Below, piece after piece: positions 12,833 through 25,363 of a stretch of DNA of 64,000 nt. Origin of the DNA: Octopus sinensis (Eukaryota). Positions within the stretch are counted from its first letter, which is position 1; the number at the start of each line of letters is the position of its first letter. Where the stretch lies: positions 1,550,001 through 1,614,000 of the forward strand of contig NC_043021.1 in the NCBI RefSeq assembly GCF_006345805.1. Direction: 5' to 3'. The translations under genes were made by a program, and so were the position numbers. A model generated the notes under the pieces. The model did not search any database. It had not been told where the DNA came from and saw nothing but the letters and a program-made list of their open reading frames with translations.

Positions 12833-13803
12833 CTGTGAAATAAACCAAAAAAAGGTACAATATAAAATCACCACCAACAACATCATCATTATCAACATCA
12901 ATCATAGCAGCATTAACATTATCAGAATCAGCATGGTCAACAGCACCATCATCATCATCACTATCAACATTATCAAAAGCATTGTCAATATTAACAGTAT
13001 TATTATGATGATGATGATGATCAAGAAGATCCTTATCAACATTGCTCTCAACAACATTCGAGCGAGGTCGTTGCCAGTGCCGCTGGACTGGCCCATGTCC
13101 AAATGGCACATAAAATGCATTTGAGCATGGCCACTGCCAGTACCGCCTTACTGGCCCTCGTGACAGTGGCACATAAAAGCACCCACTACACTCTCGGAGT
13201 GGTTGGCGTTAGGAAGGGCATCCAGCTGTAGAAACTCTGCCAGATCAGATTGGGGCCTGGTGCAGCCATCTGGTTCGCCAGACCTCAGTCAAATCGTCCA
13301 ACCCATGCCAGCATGGAAAGCGGACGTTAAATGATGATGATCCACATTACTCTCCTCAGTACCATATTCTCCAACATACAAGTTGACATAGTGTATAGTG
13401 TGAACATTCAATCTTCATTACTCATTACTCATCATCATCATCATCGTCGTTGTTTAACGTCGGCTTTCCATGCATATATACATATATACGACAGGCTTCT
13501 TTTAGTTTCCGTCTACCAAATCCACTCACAAGGCTTTGGTCGGCCTGAGGCTATTGTAGAAGACACTTGCACAAGGTGCCACGCAGTGGGACTGAACCCG
13601 GAACCATGTGGTTGGGAAGCAAACTTGTTACCACACAGCCACTCCTGCACCCATCAATAAAAATGACTAAAACCGTTCAAGACAAAGTGACCACAGTCTA
13701 ATGACTAAACTGACCAAAATTAGAAAAGAATGCACATTCACCGACATTAAGGACTTAGAACTTAATGAAGCGTGTACAAAGAACAACAAAAATGTTTACT
13801 TAC

Positions 13804-13886
13804 GAAATCATTTCTGAATCGATGCCATTCAAATCTTGATGGTTGTATGGGGATAACATGTTTATGAGCTCCCATATGCCGGACAA
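13804..13886 (-). CDS. NDUFB5: NDUFB5 exon 2
   Basis: ttttactag|(V)VRHMGAHKHVIPIQPSRFEWHRFRNDF|gtaagt. Matches the human VRHSGDH..IRPSRF segment. Confidence 0.92.
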
Positions 13887-13966
13887 CTAGTAAAACAATG
13901 AAGATTAATTAACTAATTAAATAAATGGTTAATGAGAGACTGACAGCTCATATACATACATACATA

Positions 13967-14135
13967 TACAGGGTGTCAACAAAGTATTTAGACAATTTCA
14001 AAAGGTCGTTATAAAAATTTTAGAAGTGACTACATTTTTGTTGCATATTACTGTGTTATTATTAAAGCTTTTTAATGATATTAATAGTTTTATTAATGTT
14101 ATGTGTTTGCTTAATGACTTTGTGGATACCCTGTA
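13967..14135. mobile_element. Tc1-derived MITE
   Basis: TAcagggtgtcaacaaagt ... actttgtggataccctgTA. Confidence 0.65.
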
Positions 14136-14153
14136 CATCTATCAATCCATCTG

Positions 14154-14187
<34 letters not shown>

Positions 14188-14554
14188 AATATCATCATCA
14201 TCATAGACACATGGACAAGTACAGACAGATAGACTCACCTAAGCACACAAAATACTGAGGTTAATTATTCAGAGATACCATCTTCATTAAAAGAAATACT
14301 TGAGTTAGTTTGCCAGTATAGAGTTGTTTGGGTACGGACCTTAAATTGCATCTGGTAGAGGGGCCTGGTTCAGGAGTTCCAGTGCTTCAAGGAGTGTGAA
14401 ACCATCTTTTAGTCACCATTGTTCCCAGGTTTATTCAGACCCAAAGTAGTAACACCCGTCAGGATCCCAGTTATGGATTAATTAGCATAAAACCACCTGA
14501 GGCAGGGTACATTGATACCATGGGATCCAGCATAGTAGATGTGAACTGTTTCAG

Positions 14555-15183
14555 AGAGATGTGTGAAGAAGTATCACTCCCAAACTGTGAAAGGAATCTG
14601 GGGTAGGGGTAGTCCCAGGAAGACATGGGACGAGGTGGTCAAGCATGAACATCGTATGTTGAGCCTCACAGAGACTACGACGAAAGACCAAGACCTCTGG
14701 AGATATGCTGTGACTTCGAAGTGAGTCCATGGCTCGCAGGACGGCCTGCTGTGCTAACCTGGGATCGTAGGGTGACCAGCTGTTCATGAGGAGACCTGTT
14801 GAGTCAAGAACGTTAACATCAACATCAAGATGAAAATCAAATGGAAATTGTAGTTAAGATACCCATGCTGGTGACACATTAAAAGCACCATCCGAACGTA
14901 ACAGTTGCCAGCGCTGCCTGACTGGCGTCCGTGTCAGTGACACATAAAAGCACCAAACGATCATGACCGTTTGCCAGGCTCCTCTGGCCCCTGTGCCGGT
15001 GGCACGTAAAAAGCACCTACTACACTCACAGAGTGGATGGCGTTAGGAAGGGCATCCACCTGTAGAAACACTGCCAGATCAGACTGGAGTCTGGTGCAGC
15101 TTCCTGGCTTCCCAGACCCCGGTCGAACTGTCCAACCCATACTAGCATGGAAAATGGACGTTAAACGATGATGATGATGATGA
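14555..15183 (+). mobile_element. RTE-clade LINE 3' fragment (ORF C-terminus, 3' UTR, (GAT)n tail)
   Basis: GRGSPRKTWDEVVKH..MLSLTETTTKDQDLWRYAV followed by the aggaagggcatcc...aacccatgctagcatggaaaatggacgttaaacgatgatg tail. UTR-only copies lie at about 260-610, 7840-8040, 10644-11190(-), 13050-13340, 24715-24976 and 25489-25612(-). Confidence 0.75.
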
Positions 15184-15460
15184 AACTTAGCGAGTCACTG
15201 GTGGATATCACTAAATGCAGAGCAGATGAACAGACACCAAACTGTGAATGGCCAGAATCAACCAGCTCAGTTACTGAACCACTGTTAATGAACTCCTGTA
15301 GTTACGGCATGAAGAGACGACATATTGCAGCTACCGAAAGACCAATGTGATTAAAATCCAGACTGGACATTCATGCCTCATCACTTGATCGAGATGTCTT
15401 GAGTGGAAGAGTTATACTGGTCAGGGCAAGTCACTCGACTGCATGATGATAATGTAGTGT

Positions 15461-15786
15461 TGGCGTTCTTTCATTTTAACTCATCAAATCCATAACAAGA
15501 CTTTGGTTGTTTCCGTGTCAACTCGACAATTCACTTCGGATATCTTCGTGACCTCCGTGACAGTGTCCGTGTTCTGTTTTTATGTATTTGTGTGTTGTGG
15601 AATATAGATATAACGAAATTATGCCAGCAAAAGGCCTTGCATGTTTGTTCTCACCTGCTTCATGTGTGTATGTAAAATCCGCAAATTTTCGGAGGTCACG
15701 AAGATATCCGAAGTGAATTGTCGAGTTGTCACGGAAACAACCAAGGTCTTGTTATGGTTTTGTTGAGTTAAAACGAAGGAACGCCA
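15461..15786. mobile_element. MITE with about 97-bp terminal inverted repeats
   Basis: 15461-15557 (tggcgttctttc...gacctccg) is the reverse complement of 15690-15786 with few mismatches. Confidence 0.88.
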
Positions 15787-16067
15787 TAGTATTAAATACT
15801 TGATTAAAAATATCTATGCCCTGATGAGGCTAAATAAGGCTGAAACACATTCCGTGTTATCTCTCATACTTGCCAAATTGGTTAATATAAAATGTTTTGG
15901 TTTAATTAGTTGATGATGTGAAGATGTCAATTAGAAAGACCTGCGTCTCTCGTCATCCTCGAGCTTAAGTTGTGATGTAAATGACAAAGTGAGAATTGCC
16001 TTTAGTAATGTTTAATAACATAAAGTATATAGTAACATGCATAAATTTACAGCTGTTATAATACGTC

Positions 16068-16341
16068 GGCATTCTTTCGATATAACTCGACAAAATCAAA
16101 ACATTTCACTTCGGGTATTTCCGTGGAAGCAAAGGACAGTTCCATTCTGTTTTCTGTTTGGAAATTCGCGAATTTTACACTCACACACATGAAACAAGTA
16201 AGAACAAATATGCAAGGCTTTTTTCTTCAAGATTAAAACGAGACATTGCTGGCATAATTTCGTTATATCTAAACTCCACAACCCACGGAAATACCCGAAG
16301 TGGAATGTTTTGATTTTGTCGAGTTATATCGAAGGAATGCC
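16068..16341. mobile_element. Related MITE with about 59-bp TIRs
   Basis: ggcattctttcgatataactcgac...ccgtgg / ccacgg...gaaggaatgcc. Its internal core is shared, inverted, with the 15461 element. Confidence 0.88.
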
Positions 16342-17107
16342 TATATGTCCACTGAACTCAATGTTCTGGAGTTTTTTCTTTCGCCTTTCAATACATTTTC
16401 GAAGTTCAAATCAACCAGGATTGATTTAACCTTTCGACCTACCGCTAAGGATAAAATAAGTACTCATCACCCACTGAGATTGATCTGACTACATTGCCTT
16501 TCATATTTAAGACTATATAGTTTGAGGGTGATTTAGTTGCTCTTTTTAGCAGGTCAGGTCACTGCGAAAAGGCTCCCTAGTTGGCTGGTATTTGTGTTGA
16601 GTGTGTTTTTATTGTGTCATGTGGTTTGGGTATGTCTCGTGTTGGTTGCTGTTTAATATCAGCCCAGTCTGGATCCAACAGGCTGATGATCGAATATATT
16701 CTGCCCGTGACCATCCTGTGCAATTTTCAGATATAACGTATCTAAAACAACACTATCCAATGTGCCTTTTTATTTACTTTTAAGTCGGTTAAGTGTAATA
16801 TGAGTGAAACTTGGCGAATTGGACGCAAACGCAACATATTCCCAACACAGAAAATAAAAACGAAAACAAATCTCATTTCAAAATATAAAATCTACCAAGG
16901 CCCTAGACCTGTTCTCAACATTTATATATCTGGTTTTAAAATAACGACAATTTATTCCGAAAGAATTGGTTATTTTCTTGAAAGAGTTTCTTTTTCTGTT
17001 TACCCCTTCAAGGTCAATAAGTATGTCTTGACTTTAACAGATCAGAACAAAACAGGGCAGAAATACATCGTTAATCGTTCTTTACACAGACAACAGTAAA
17101 TACTTGC

Positions 17108-17225
17108 CAGCAGAGGTGACTCCTGGAGCTTTTAATAATGTTTGTAGAGTGGAAACTGGTTTGTTCAGCCGAAGAAGCAGGCTTCCTTGCCGAGAGGAGA
17201 ATCGCAACAGACTAAAGGCCACCAT
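17108..17225 (-). CDS. NDUFB5: NDUFB5 exon 1 (mitochondrial transit peptide)
   Basis: MVAFSLLRFSSRQGSLLLRLNKPVSTLQTLLKAPGVTSA, Arg/Ser/Leu-rich with no acidic residues. Ends in phase 1 at CTG|GCAAGT (GC donor). Confidence 0.8.
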
Positions 17226-17900
17226 GTTGCCGACAGTGTGCGGCCGCTTACGATGCGTACAATTTACTAAATAACCGTGGTGGTGGTCGTGGTGGAATGA
17301 ATGGATGGTAATAATAATAATAGTAATAATTTTCTTTTAAAAAATTTGAATTTTTTTGTCTAATTACAAATTATATATATATATATATATATGTATATAA
17401 AGGTTACATAGAGAAAGGGAGGGAGAGCGATGGGGGTTCATGCATGTATTAAGCGACTTATATAAAAGTAGTTTATTGCATTTTAAAGAGAAAGTAGGCA
17501 ATCCTTCGGTATAGGTACCAGTGTAGGATCTCCCCTCCCCCCTACATATATAATAATGAAATTATTGTATACAGTGCTCAGGTGCACCACAATTGGACAT
17601 TAGGCGAGATCTAGTTATGCTCAGTTTTGAAAACTCGCAGAAGTGCTCAAATTAATTTGAACTTAATCCGAATTCTTCAACCAGGATTAAGTCCACGGGT
17701 CAAGAGTGGCTTTAAAAGAAATCCAAGGTAAACTAATACGGAGGTAATGATGTAGATAAACAAAATTAGGCTTGGCACACATATATTTATATATAAACTC
17801 CGTTAATCCGGGTGTTATTTCTTCACAACAGGGAATAAATTCAACAAACACCGCCTTTACCAAAACATCCGATTCTTACGTTTCTGGTTTCAGTCGTAAA
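17226..17900. promoter_or_regulatory. Putative bidirectional promoter region NDUFB5/ALKBH4
   Basis: Divergent ATGs are separated by 675 nt, with locally raised CpG near both starts. A YY1-like CAACATGGTGGC spans the NDUFB5 ATG. Confidence 0.55.
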
Positions 17901-18002
17901 ATGAAGACAGACGAGAAGCGATGTTCCTGTAAAGGGATCCGATCTTGTTTATTATGCGAAAATTCTTCCAAGAATACAACAGTCGCACACGAGAAGCTCC
18001 AG
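17901..18002 (+). CDS. ALKBH4: ALKBH4 exon 1 (AlkB-family Fe/2OG dioxygenase, Cys-rich N-terminus)
   Basis: MKTDEKRCSCKGIRSCLLCENSSKNTTVAHEKLQ|gtaaac. CxCKGIRxCLxCE is the ALKBH4 signature. A tttcag acceptor at 17893 may indicate an upstream UTR exon. Confidence 0.93.
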
Positions 18003-18928
18003 GTAAACACAAACATTGTTACCATTCCTACAATTCATAAAACCGCTCCGGGAAGGTTCCTGGTTCGAACCTCGTGCCGGCGCTCGCCGTTTTGTTATTT
18101 ATTATTTTTTTTAAAAACACCGATTTGATGGACAGGATTTAGAACCGGGTTAAACGTCTTTGAGTATTTAATTCCATCCACTTACGTTTCGTTTTTGAAG
18201 TTTTTATTCCTCCTCCCTAAGGTTAGTGGACGAAATCCCACCTGGTTTACTCAAATGCCACGTCTCTCTCGGACAAACACGATTTTTCTTGAATGAAAAA
18301 TGAAAGAAACGATTATAAAGGCAAACAAAATAAAATATAAATTGATATGTAGATAAATATAAGGGTTTATATAACTGGGAAGACGGAAACTGTGTAGAAG
18401 CCTGACGAGTCAGACTCTACCTGTTGTCATATGGTATCTTGGGTTCTTTTAGCCCGACTTTGCCTTTCATCCCTTCGGGGTCGATAAATTAAGTACCAGT
18501 TACTCACTGGGTAGATGTAATCGACTTTATCCCTTTGTCTGTCCTTGTTTGTCCCCTCTATGTTTAGCCCCTTGTGGGCAATAAAGAAATATCTTTTAGC
18601 AGAATCCCACCCCATGACAAGTATTTGGGCCTCGTTTCTTGTGGAGATGACTACCTTTTTTTTCAACTCCTTTTCAATCTCAAAACCCATCAAAAGCCTT
18701 AATGGGCGCTTCTCTCCGTCCTTTCACTGAATCGTAAAAATTACAATATGTAATAATTAATGGAATAACAGAATCGGTAGAACGACGGATAAAATGTTGT
18801 TACCGAATTTTGTGGTGAACCTCTGCGTTCTCAGTTCGATTCCTACCGAGATCGAGTTTACCTTTTATCCTTCCGGGTTCGATAAAATAAACTCTCCGCG
18901 AAATATTGGATTCGATCCAGCCAACTCT

Positions 18929-18981
<53 letters not shown>

Positions 18982-20243
18982 CATACACTCGAATAAACAA
19001 ATGTATGACCTTGTGCCCCCTTTTTTTAGATTGATCTATTTTAAAGACAAGTGCGACAAGTTTGGCAGATTCGGGTCGGTGGAGCATCGTATTGTTGTTG
19101 ACAAACATTATTTAGTTCTGTGTGGGTTAACCGAGGAAGAGTCTGGCAAGTAACTTGCCCCTAATTGATGCTAGTATCATTGATAGTGTGAGCGTTAATT
19201 AGGCAACTGTTTTAATTAAAATCTGATATTAACGAAGAAAACAGAATACACATGTAATCTTGTGTTGAAATTCTTTCATTCCTTGAAGATTACTTTTGTT
19301 TTAAAACAATTTACCTTGGGCACCATAGAATATAGAGGGCAATTACGTCTATAATTGCTCGAGATTCCTTAGAATGTGTGGGCTCACCGGCGCCACCACC
19401 ACCACCACCATCATCACTTAATGTCCATGTTCCTTGCTGACTTGAATTGGTCAGTTTGACAAGATCTGACAATCTAGAGGATTGCTTCGAGATGCGATGT
19501 CTGCTTTGGCATGATTTCAACAGCTTGATGTCCATCTTAACACCAGCCACTGAATATCTTTTTTTTTTTTTTATCTTCCTTTGTGTGATCCTTACAGGAG
19601 AAACCATGCCGAAGTAGAGAAGGAATCCTCAGGTCCGACGGATCCTGCCAAGCCATGCCGCCAACATGGAAAATAGACATTAAATGGTGATGATGAGATA
19701 TACATATGGTTCCAGGTTCAGTCCCACTGTATAGCACGTGTCTTTTACAATAGCACCAGGTTGACCAAAACCTTGTGAGTGGATTTAGTAGAAAGAAACT
19801 GAAAGAAGCCCGCAGTATACATCCATCCATCCATCTATCCATACACACACACATGCATATATCATTCAAAAGAAAGTAAGAAAATGGAGATATAACTAGG
19901 ATGGCCAATGTCCTAGTAGTCTCTTTTCGCTGAACTGCTAAATTATAAGGACGTAAACATACCAGCATCGGTTGTCAAGCGATGTTAGCGGGGACAAACA
20001 CAGACACACTAACATATACACACACGCACACATATATATACATATATGACTGGTTACTTCCAGTTTCTGTCTACCAAATTCACTCACAAGGCTCTGGTCA
20101 GCCCAAGGTTCCACACCGTGGGACTGAACCCGGAACCATGTGGTTGGTAAGCAAGCTACTTACCACACAGCCACTCCTGCACCTATATATATATCACCAT
20201 CGTTTAACGTCTGCTTTCCATGCCGATAACGAGGGGGCAGTCA

Positions 20244-20301
<58 letters not shown>

Positions 20302-20904
20302 CACTTTTGAACTAAAAGACCAGACACCATTACACCATGGCCACAACAACCAGTGCAAATGGCACCTGTTGTTGTTGTTGTTTACAGTAAATGACAAAAT
20401 AAGTCTCTAGTAGTAGTAGTAGTAGTCTGTAATGGTCTAAAAAGGCAGGAAGAGGACATAGCATATATGGGTGTGGGGAGTGTAGAGGACGGAGTGTGTT
20501 GCTGAGTGACTTCACGGGAAATTAGGTGAGTGGCCTTTCTCAGGATATGCTCCAGGACAATCAGGGACAAGCTCTGGCCCAAGGGATTGATATTGGAAAG
20601 CTGGGGTCGTTTAAACCCGTTGCAGTGTCCAGCTTCAATTCGAGAGAGAGGATGCTGGACTGATTGATTTCAGTTATAAAATTCTATGAGGATGCTCCCT
20701 AATCGCACACACACACACATGCATAAGTCAAGGGGCCAACTTCTGACCTATGTATTCTGTGGCTTGCTTGTCAATAAATTCATACTGTAAGATCCCATTG
20801 CGTTGATTTGCCCAGGGATCCATAATCCTGCCAAAACCGATCCTACACACACACACACGGATATATACATATACTCGTCCCAATACAAATTTCTGGTCCT
20901 TGTA

Positions 20905-21303
20905 GGCGCAGGGGTGGCTGTGTGGTAAGTAGCTTGCTAACCAACCACATGGTTCCGGGTTCAGTCCCACTGCATGGCATCTTGGGCAAGTGTCTTCTAC
21001 TATAGCCTTGGACCAACCAAAGCCTTGTGAGTGGATTTGGTAGACGGAAACTGAAAGAAGCCTGTCGTATATATGTGTATATATATGTGTGTGTGTGTTT
21101 GTATGTCTGTGTTTGTCCCCCTAGCATTGACAACCGATGCTGGTGTGTTTACGTCCCCGTCACTTAGCGGTTCGGCAAAAGAGACCGATAGAATAAGTAC
21201 TGGGCTTACAGAGAATAAGTCCCGGGTCGATTTGCTCGACTAAAGGCGGTGCTCCAGCATGGCCGCAGTCAAATGACTGAAACAAGTAAAAGAGTAAAGA
21301 GAG
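20905..21303 (+). mobile_element. Full-length tRNA-derived CORE-like SINE (most abundant family here)
   Basis: A-box tggctgtgtggtaag, B-box ggttcagtccc, cttgggcaagtg core, central (TA/TG)n and a (gtaaaaga)n tail. Further copies at 56797-57218(-), 52140-52575(-), 52-258(-), 4325-4565, 9327-9482, 13480-13650(-), 19915-20180(-), 22840-23250(-), 32905-33062, 35820-36075 and 49376-49755(-). Confidence 0.9.
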
Positions 21304-21606
21304 TACTGCTGTGATATTACTGAAACGTTAAGACACCGTTTTATGTATCCATTATTTCCGACAATTCTCCTTACCAAAGAATATTTGAATAATTGTCAGG
21401 TCTCAGACTTCGAGAGAACAGAGACGATGACTACGATGTCACAGTATCGTTCTTCCTTTGTAAGATGTTCCAAACCGGACAGTGTTCGGTTTCGGTCCAG
21501 CGGAAGTGAAATCTAGCATTATTTCGTCTACAGTTTTCTTCTAATTTTGTTTCGAAAAAATATTTTTTTTAAATCCCCGATTTCATCCGCCTTAAACACG
21601 GATTAC

Positions 21607-21830
21607 GGGTAACTACTAGCAAACAGTGGTCCCGGTGCGCGCACACGCGCATCCGCGATAGCTAGTCGTAAGTAGTCGATCCTAAATAATTTTTTAAAAC
21701 TAAGTAAATTAATTATTTTTATAAACAAACTAAGGTTTGGGTTAAAAAATTAGGTTTAGGGTTAAACAGTCGTTGTAGGATCGACTACTTACGACTAGCT
21801 AGCGCGGATGCGCGACACACACACGCACAC
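21607..21830. mobile_element. Second copy of the CpG-rich palindromic MITE family, with an internal ttaggtttagggtta
   Basis: cgcgcatccgcgatagctagtcgtaagtagtcgatccta pairs with taggatcgactacttacgactagctagcgcggatgcgcg. Confidence 0.8.
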
Positions 21831-23427
21831 CTGAGTTTGTTGTTATATATCTATACGTATGTATATATATTTATACACTCGCAGATATAGCGTGTAGAAA
21901 CGTGTATATCGTAATCACGCTAAAATCTGTGACATATCCTTAAAATCCTTAAAAATGTTTTAGCCCGAAGGCCGCGGCCATGCTGGGGCACCGTGTGTGT
22001 GTGTAATTAGGGCAGCATTCAATTGAAAGTGGATAATTATTGTAAGCGATCAATATTAAAGAAGTTCTGAAATAAAATTTTATTTTTCAGAATTGTAATT
22101 TTCGTGTTTCTAAATGTATTTCTAAACTCGTTCTTACCCAAAACATTTCCGAAAATAAGCGAAAAGAAAAAAAAAAAAAACCCGGAAAACCAAAGCCTTG
22201 TACCTCCACGTGGTATCGGGACATTGCTGAACGTTAATATTACAAAAAATAGATAAATAAATATATATATATATATATACACATCCGACCATATGTAAAC
22301 ACATAAAAAAAAACCCGGTTGTAATTTATATACAACTAGTAATGTATGTAGGAATAAATACGTTATGTTGGACCGTTGATTAGTGTGATGTGCGGTGGCC
22401 GTGTGGGTTATCGACCAGTATCATTTCCTTCTTTTATGGGTGAGGGTTCGATTCGTGCTAAGGATGTAATGATGCCTAACATCTTTCGGGACCTAAAGCT
22501 ATTTGCGGATATTTACTCAAACTGAACATCCTTAGAGAACCCTAATTTTTATTTATTGATGTGGATTTCGTGATGTTTCTGCTGCAGCGATCAACGCACT
22601 TGTTCTGAGACCCTTTCGAAACCTAGAGACTCTTGAGGTCGATTTAATATTTAAATAACCGAATCTTAGATGTTATTGCAATAATTACAGAAGTTACCTA
22701 AGGGTAACCGTAGCCAAATCTCAGAAAATGTAGTCTCTCATTAAAAGACGGGATGTTCACGGCTGGAATGTCTTCCTTTCCACTCGTCAAAGCTAAAAAG
22801 AATTTTATAATAAAACTGAAGGCTTTCTATCCTTTCTCTTTTACATGTTCCAATCATTTGATTGCGGCCATGCTGGGGCACCGCCTTCAAGAAGTTTTAG
22901 TCGAATAAATCGATCCCAGGACATTTTTTTTAAAGCCCAGTATTTTCTTCTCTTGGTCTATTTTGCCGGACCGCTAAATTAGGGGGACGTAAACACACCA
23001 ACACCGGTTACCAAGCAGTGCTGGTGGACACGCACGCGCGCGCTCGATGGGTTTCTTTCGGTTTCTGTTTACCAAATCCACCAACAAGGCTTTTATCTGA
23101 ATAAATCAACCTCAGTACTTATTTTCTTTTTATGCCTAGAAGTTATTCTATCGATCTCTTTTGCTGAACCGCTAAGTCACGGGGACATGTACACTCCAAC
23201 ACCACTCGTCAAGCAGTGGTGTGGGGACAAACACACACAAAGATACACATACACATATACATACATATGTACATATATCTAGTTTTACTAATTTTTGTGT
23301 GATGTAGATATTTTTTGAGGGGTATAGATATAGCTAGGGATTAGGGATTAACAAGTTTGACTCTCAACCATACAGTTCATGAAAAGACACTCGTCTTTTG
23401 ATGAACAGTATGATTCAGTATAAAACA

Positions 23428-23652
23428 GGCGGCGAGCTGGCAGAACCGTTAGCACGTCGGGCGAAATGCTTAGCCGTATTTCGCCTGCCATTACGTTCTG
23501 AGTTCAAATTCCGCCGAGGTCGACTTTGCCTTTTATCCTTTCGGGGTCGATAAATTAAGTACCAGTTACGCACTGGGGTCGATGTAATCGACTTAATACC
23601 TATGTCTGTCCTTGTTTGTTCCCTCTATGTTTACCTTGTGGGTAATAAAGAA
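23428..23652 (+). mobile_element. tRNA-derived SINE with a Meta-type central domain
   Basis: ggcggcgagctggcagaa..gagttcaaattcc..gtcgactttgcctttcatcctttcggggtcgataaattaagtacc. Many copies: 6350-7175, 9875-10090, 11850-12200, 18450-18590, 37430-37975, 45100-45318, 49755-50067, 55640-55830 and 62192-62419. Confidence 0.85.
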
Positions 23653-23884
23653 AAAAAAAAGTATCCTTAATGTAATTGAAGGGAGGTAACTGTGTAAAAC
23701 TAGATTATCCATTTGCTAAACAGCAATTGCCATGGTGACTGCTGTGTGTGAATTACTCCGTCTTGATACTCTGACTTGTCACAGTCAACAACAACAACAT
23801 GTGTATTTTTTAATATAAATAATTTAATTTATTTGTGTTGTTGTTCTTTGTGTATTTTATATGAATTTATTGGTCGAGTCGTGG

Positions 23885-24050
23885 GTTTGTTGACTTTCAT
23901 CTGCGACTGGTTAGGTAGGGGAAGACTTGTTCAGGAGTTCCAGGGATTTCTAAGAACGTGGGACATCCCTTAGCTACCATTGTTCCCAGGTCTATTCTGA
24001 CCCTGAGTAGTGGCACCTATCAGCGTCCCAGATATGGTTTAATTAGCTCA
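23885..24050. repeat. Unclassified interspersed repeat; second copy at about 14340-14490
   Basis: Shared gttcaggagttccag..ccattgttcccaggtytattcwgaccc..agtagt..tcccag.tatgg.ttaattagc. Confidence 0.65.
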
Positions 24051-24990
24051 TGGCTCAATGGCGGGGAAAGTGGTCACAGTAACGCATTGTGGGGTGCAGC
24101 GAACAAAATGGATCAGCTTGATCATCCACTGCTTCCGTCTTCATCCTCAGTCATCTTGACCTGGTCTTGCCACTCGATTGAAGATGGTCATGAAAGAGTG
24201 AGTGAGGTTGATGGTGTGTAACTCTTCTTCATTTTAATCAAAGTCAAAGCACAAGGGATCAATCAGTCTTTAGGCGGACCAGATGATCCTTATCACCCCA
24301 ACGGATGACCATACATTGGATTTAAGGTCAATTCCATCATACATATTTCTAGCCCCCAAAACCCTTCTTCCTTACTCTGTCTGAAATCCCTGGATCCTTT
24401 CCATCTCAGACCAAGGTATCAGTACAGGAACTAACATTGAGAGTATTTACTCTCCACTAATTAAGGTTTCCTAGGTAACAGGGATTTCCTATCAACACAA
24501 GGTGACCGGAAGGCTACACCGGTTCAGGGCAATCCCTTTACAGCTGAGTAGACTGGAGTAATGTGAGTAATGAAGTGTTTTGCTTAAGAACACGATGCAC
24601 AACTGGTCTGGGAACTGAAACCTTGATCTCATGATTATGAGTACAACAAGCCTCACCACTGGGCCATGCACCTTCGTGTGTGTGTGTATACACATTATAT
24701 ATATATATATATTGTAGTTAAGATACCCATGCCAGTGGCACATAAAAAGACCTTCCAAACGTGGCCGATGCCAGCGCCGCCTGACTGGCGTCCGTGTCCG
24801 TAACATGTAAAATGCACCGACTACATTCACAGAGTGGCTGGCGTTAGGAAGGGCATTCAGCTGTAGAAACTCTGCCAAATCAGACTGGAGCCTAGCGCAG
24901 CCTCCTGGCTTCCCAGACCCTGGTCGAACCATCCAACCCATGCTAGCATGAAAAATGGACGTTAAACGATGATGATATATTATTTATTAT

Positions 24991-25363
24991 TATTATATCA
25001 AGGGCTATTACTATAAGTAAAGCCACAGCTTGTAAGGGGCCTCTAAAGTCAAACTACTTCAACATATATACACACACACTGAATTCGAGGGAATGAACAG
25101 AGGAGAGATTCCATGTGTTCCCATGGTATGTATATAGATGTTTATATTTATATTTCCCTGGTTATGTACGTACTGATGAATGGAGAGCATGTTACACATG
25201 CTGCCCATGAAATTAATGATATACAACTAAACCTTTTTAAAGGAATTTCTCCTATGCTCATTCCCTCGAATTCAGTGTGTGTGGATATTTGTTGAAGTAG
25301 TTTGACTTTAGAGTCCCCTTACAGTGTGTGGCTTTACTTATAGAAGTAGCCCTTGATATAATA
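24991..25363. mobile_element. MITE with about 120-bp TIRs
   Basis: tatatcaagggctattactataagtaaagccac...gaattcgagggaatga pairs with tcattccctcgaattc...gtagcccttgatata. Confidence 0.88.

Noticed and set aside
17772-17900. N-terminal extension of ALKBH4 from the TTG start in the ORF track
   Set aside because: Homology begins at ATG 17901 in good context, and the extension has no ATG.
21749-21765. TTAGGG-like motifs as an interstitial telomere
   Set aside because: Only about two imperfect units, internal to a MITE spacer.
22390-22465. tRNA-like sequence (tggccgtgtgggtta..ggttcgattc)
   Set aside because: Only A/B-box-like motifs are present, with no convincing cloverleaf or anticodon arm. Probably a SINE head remnant.
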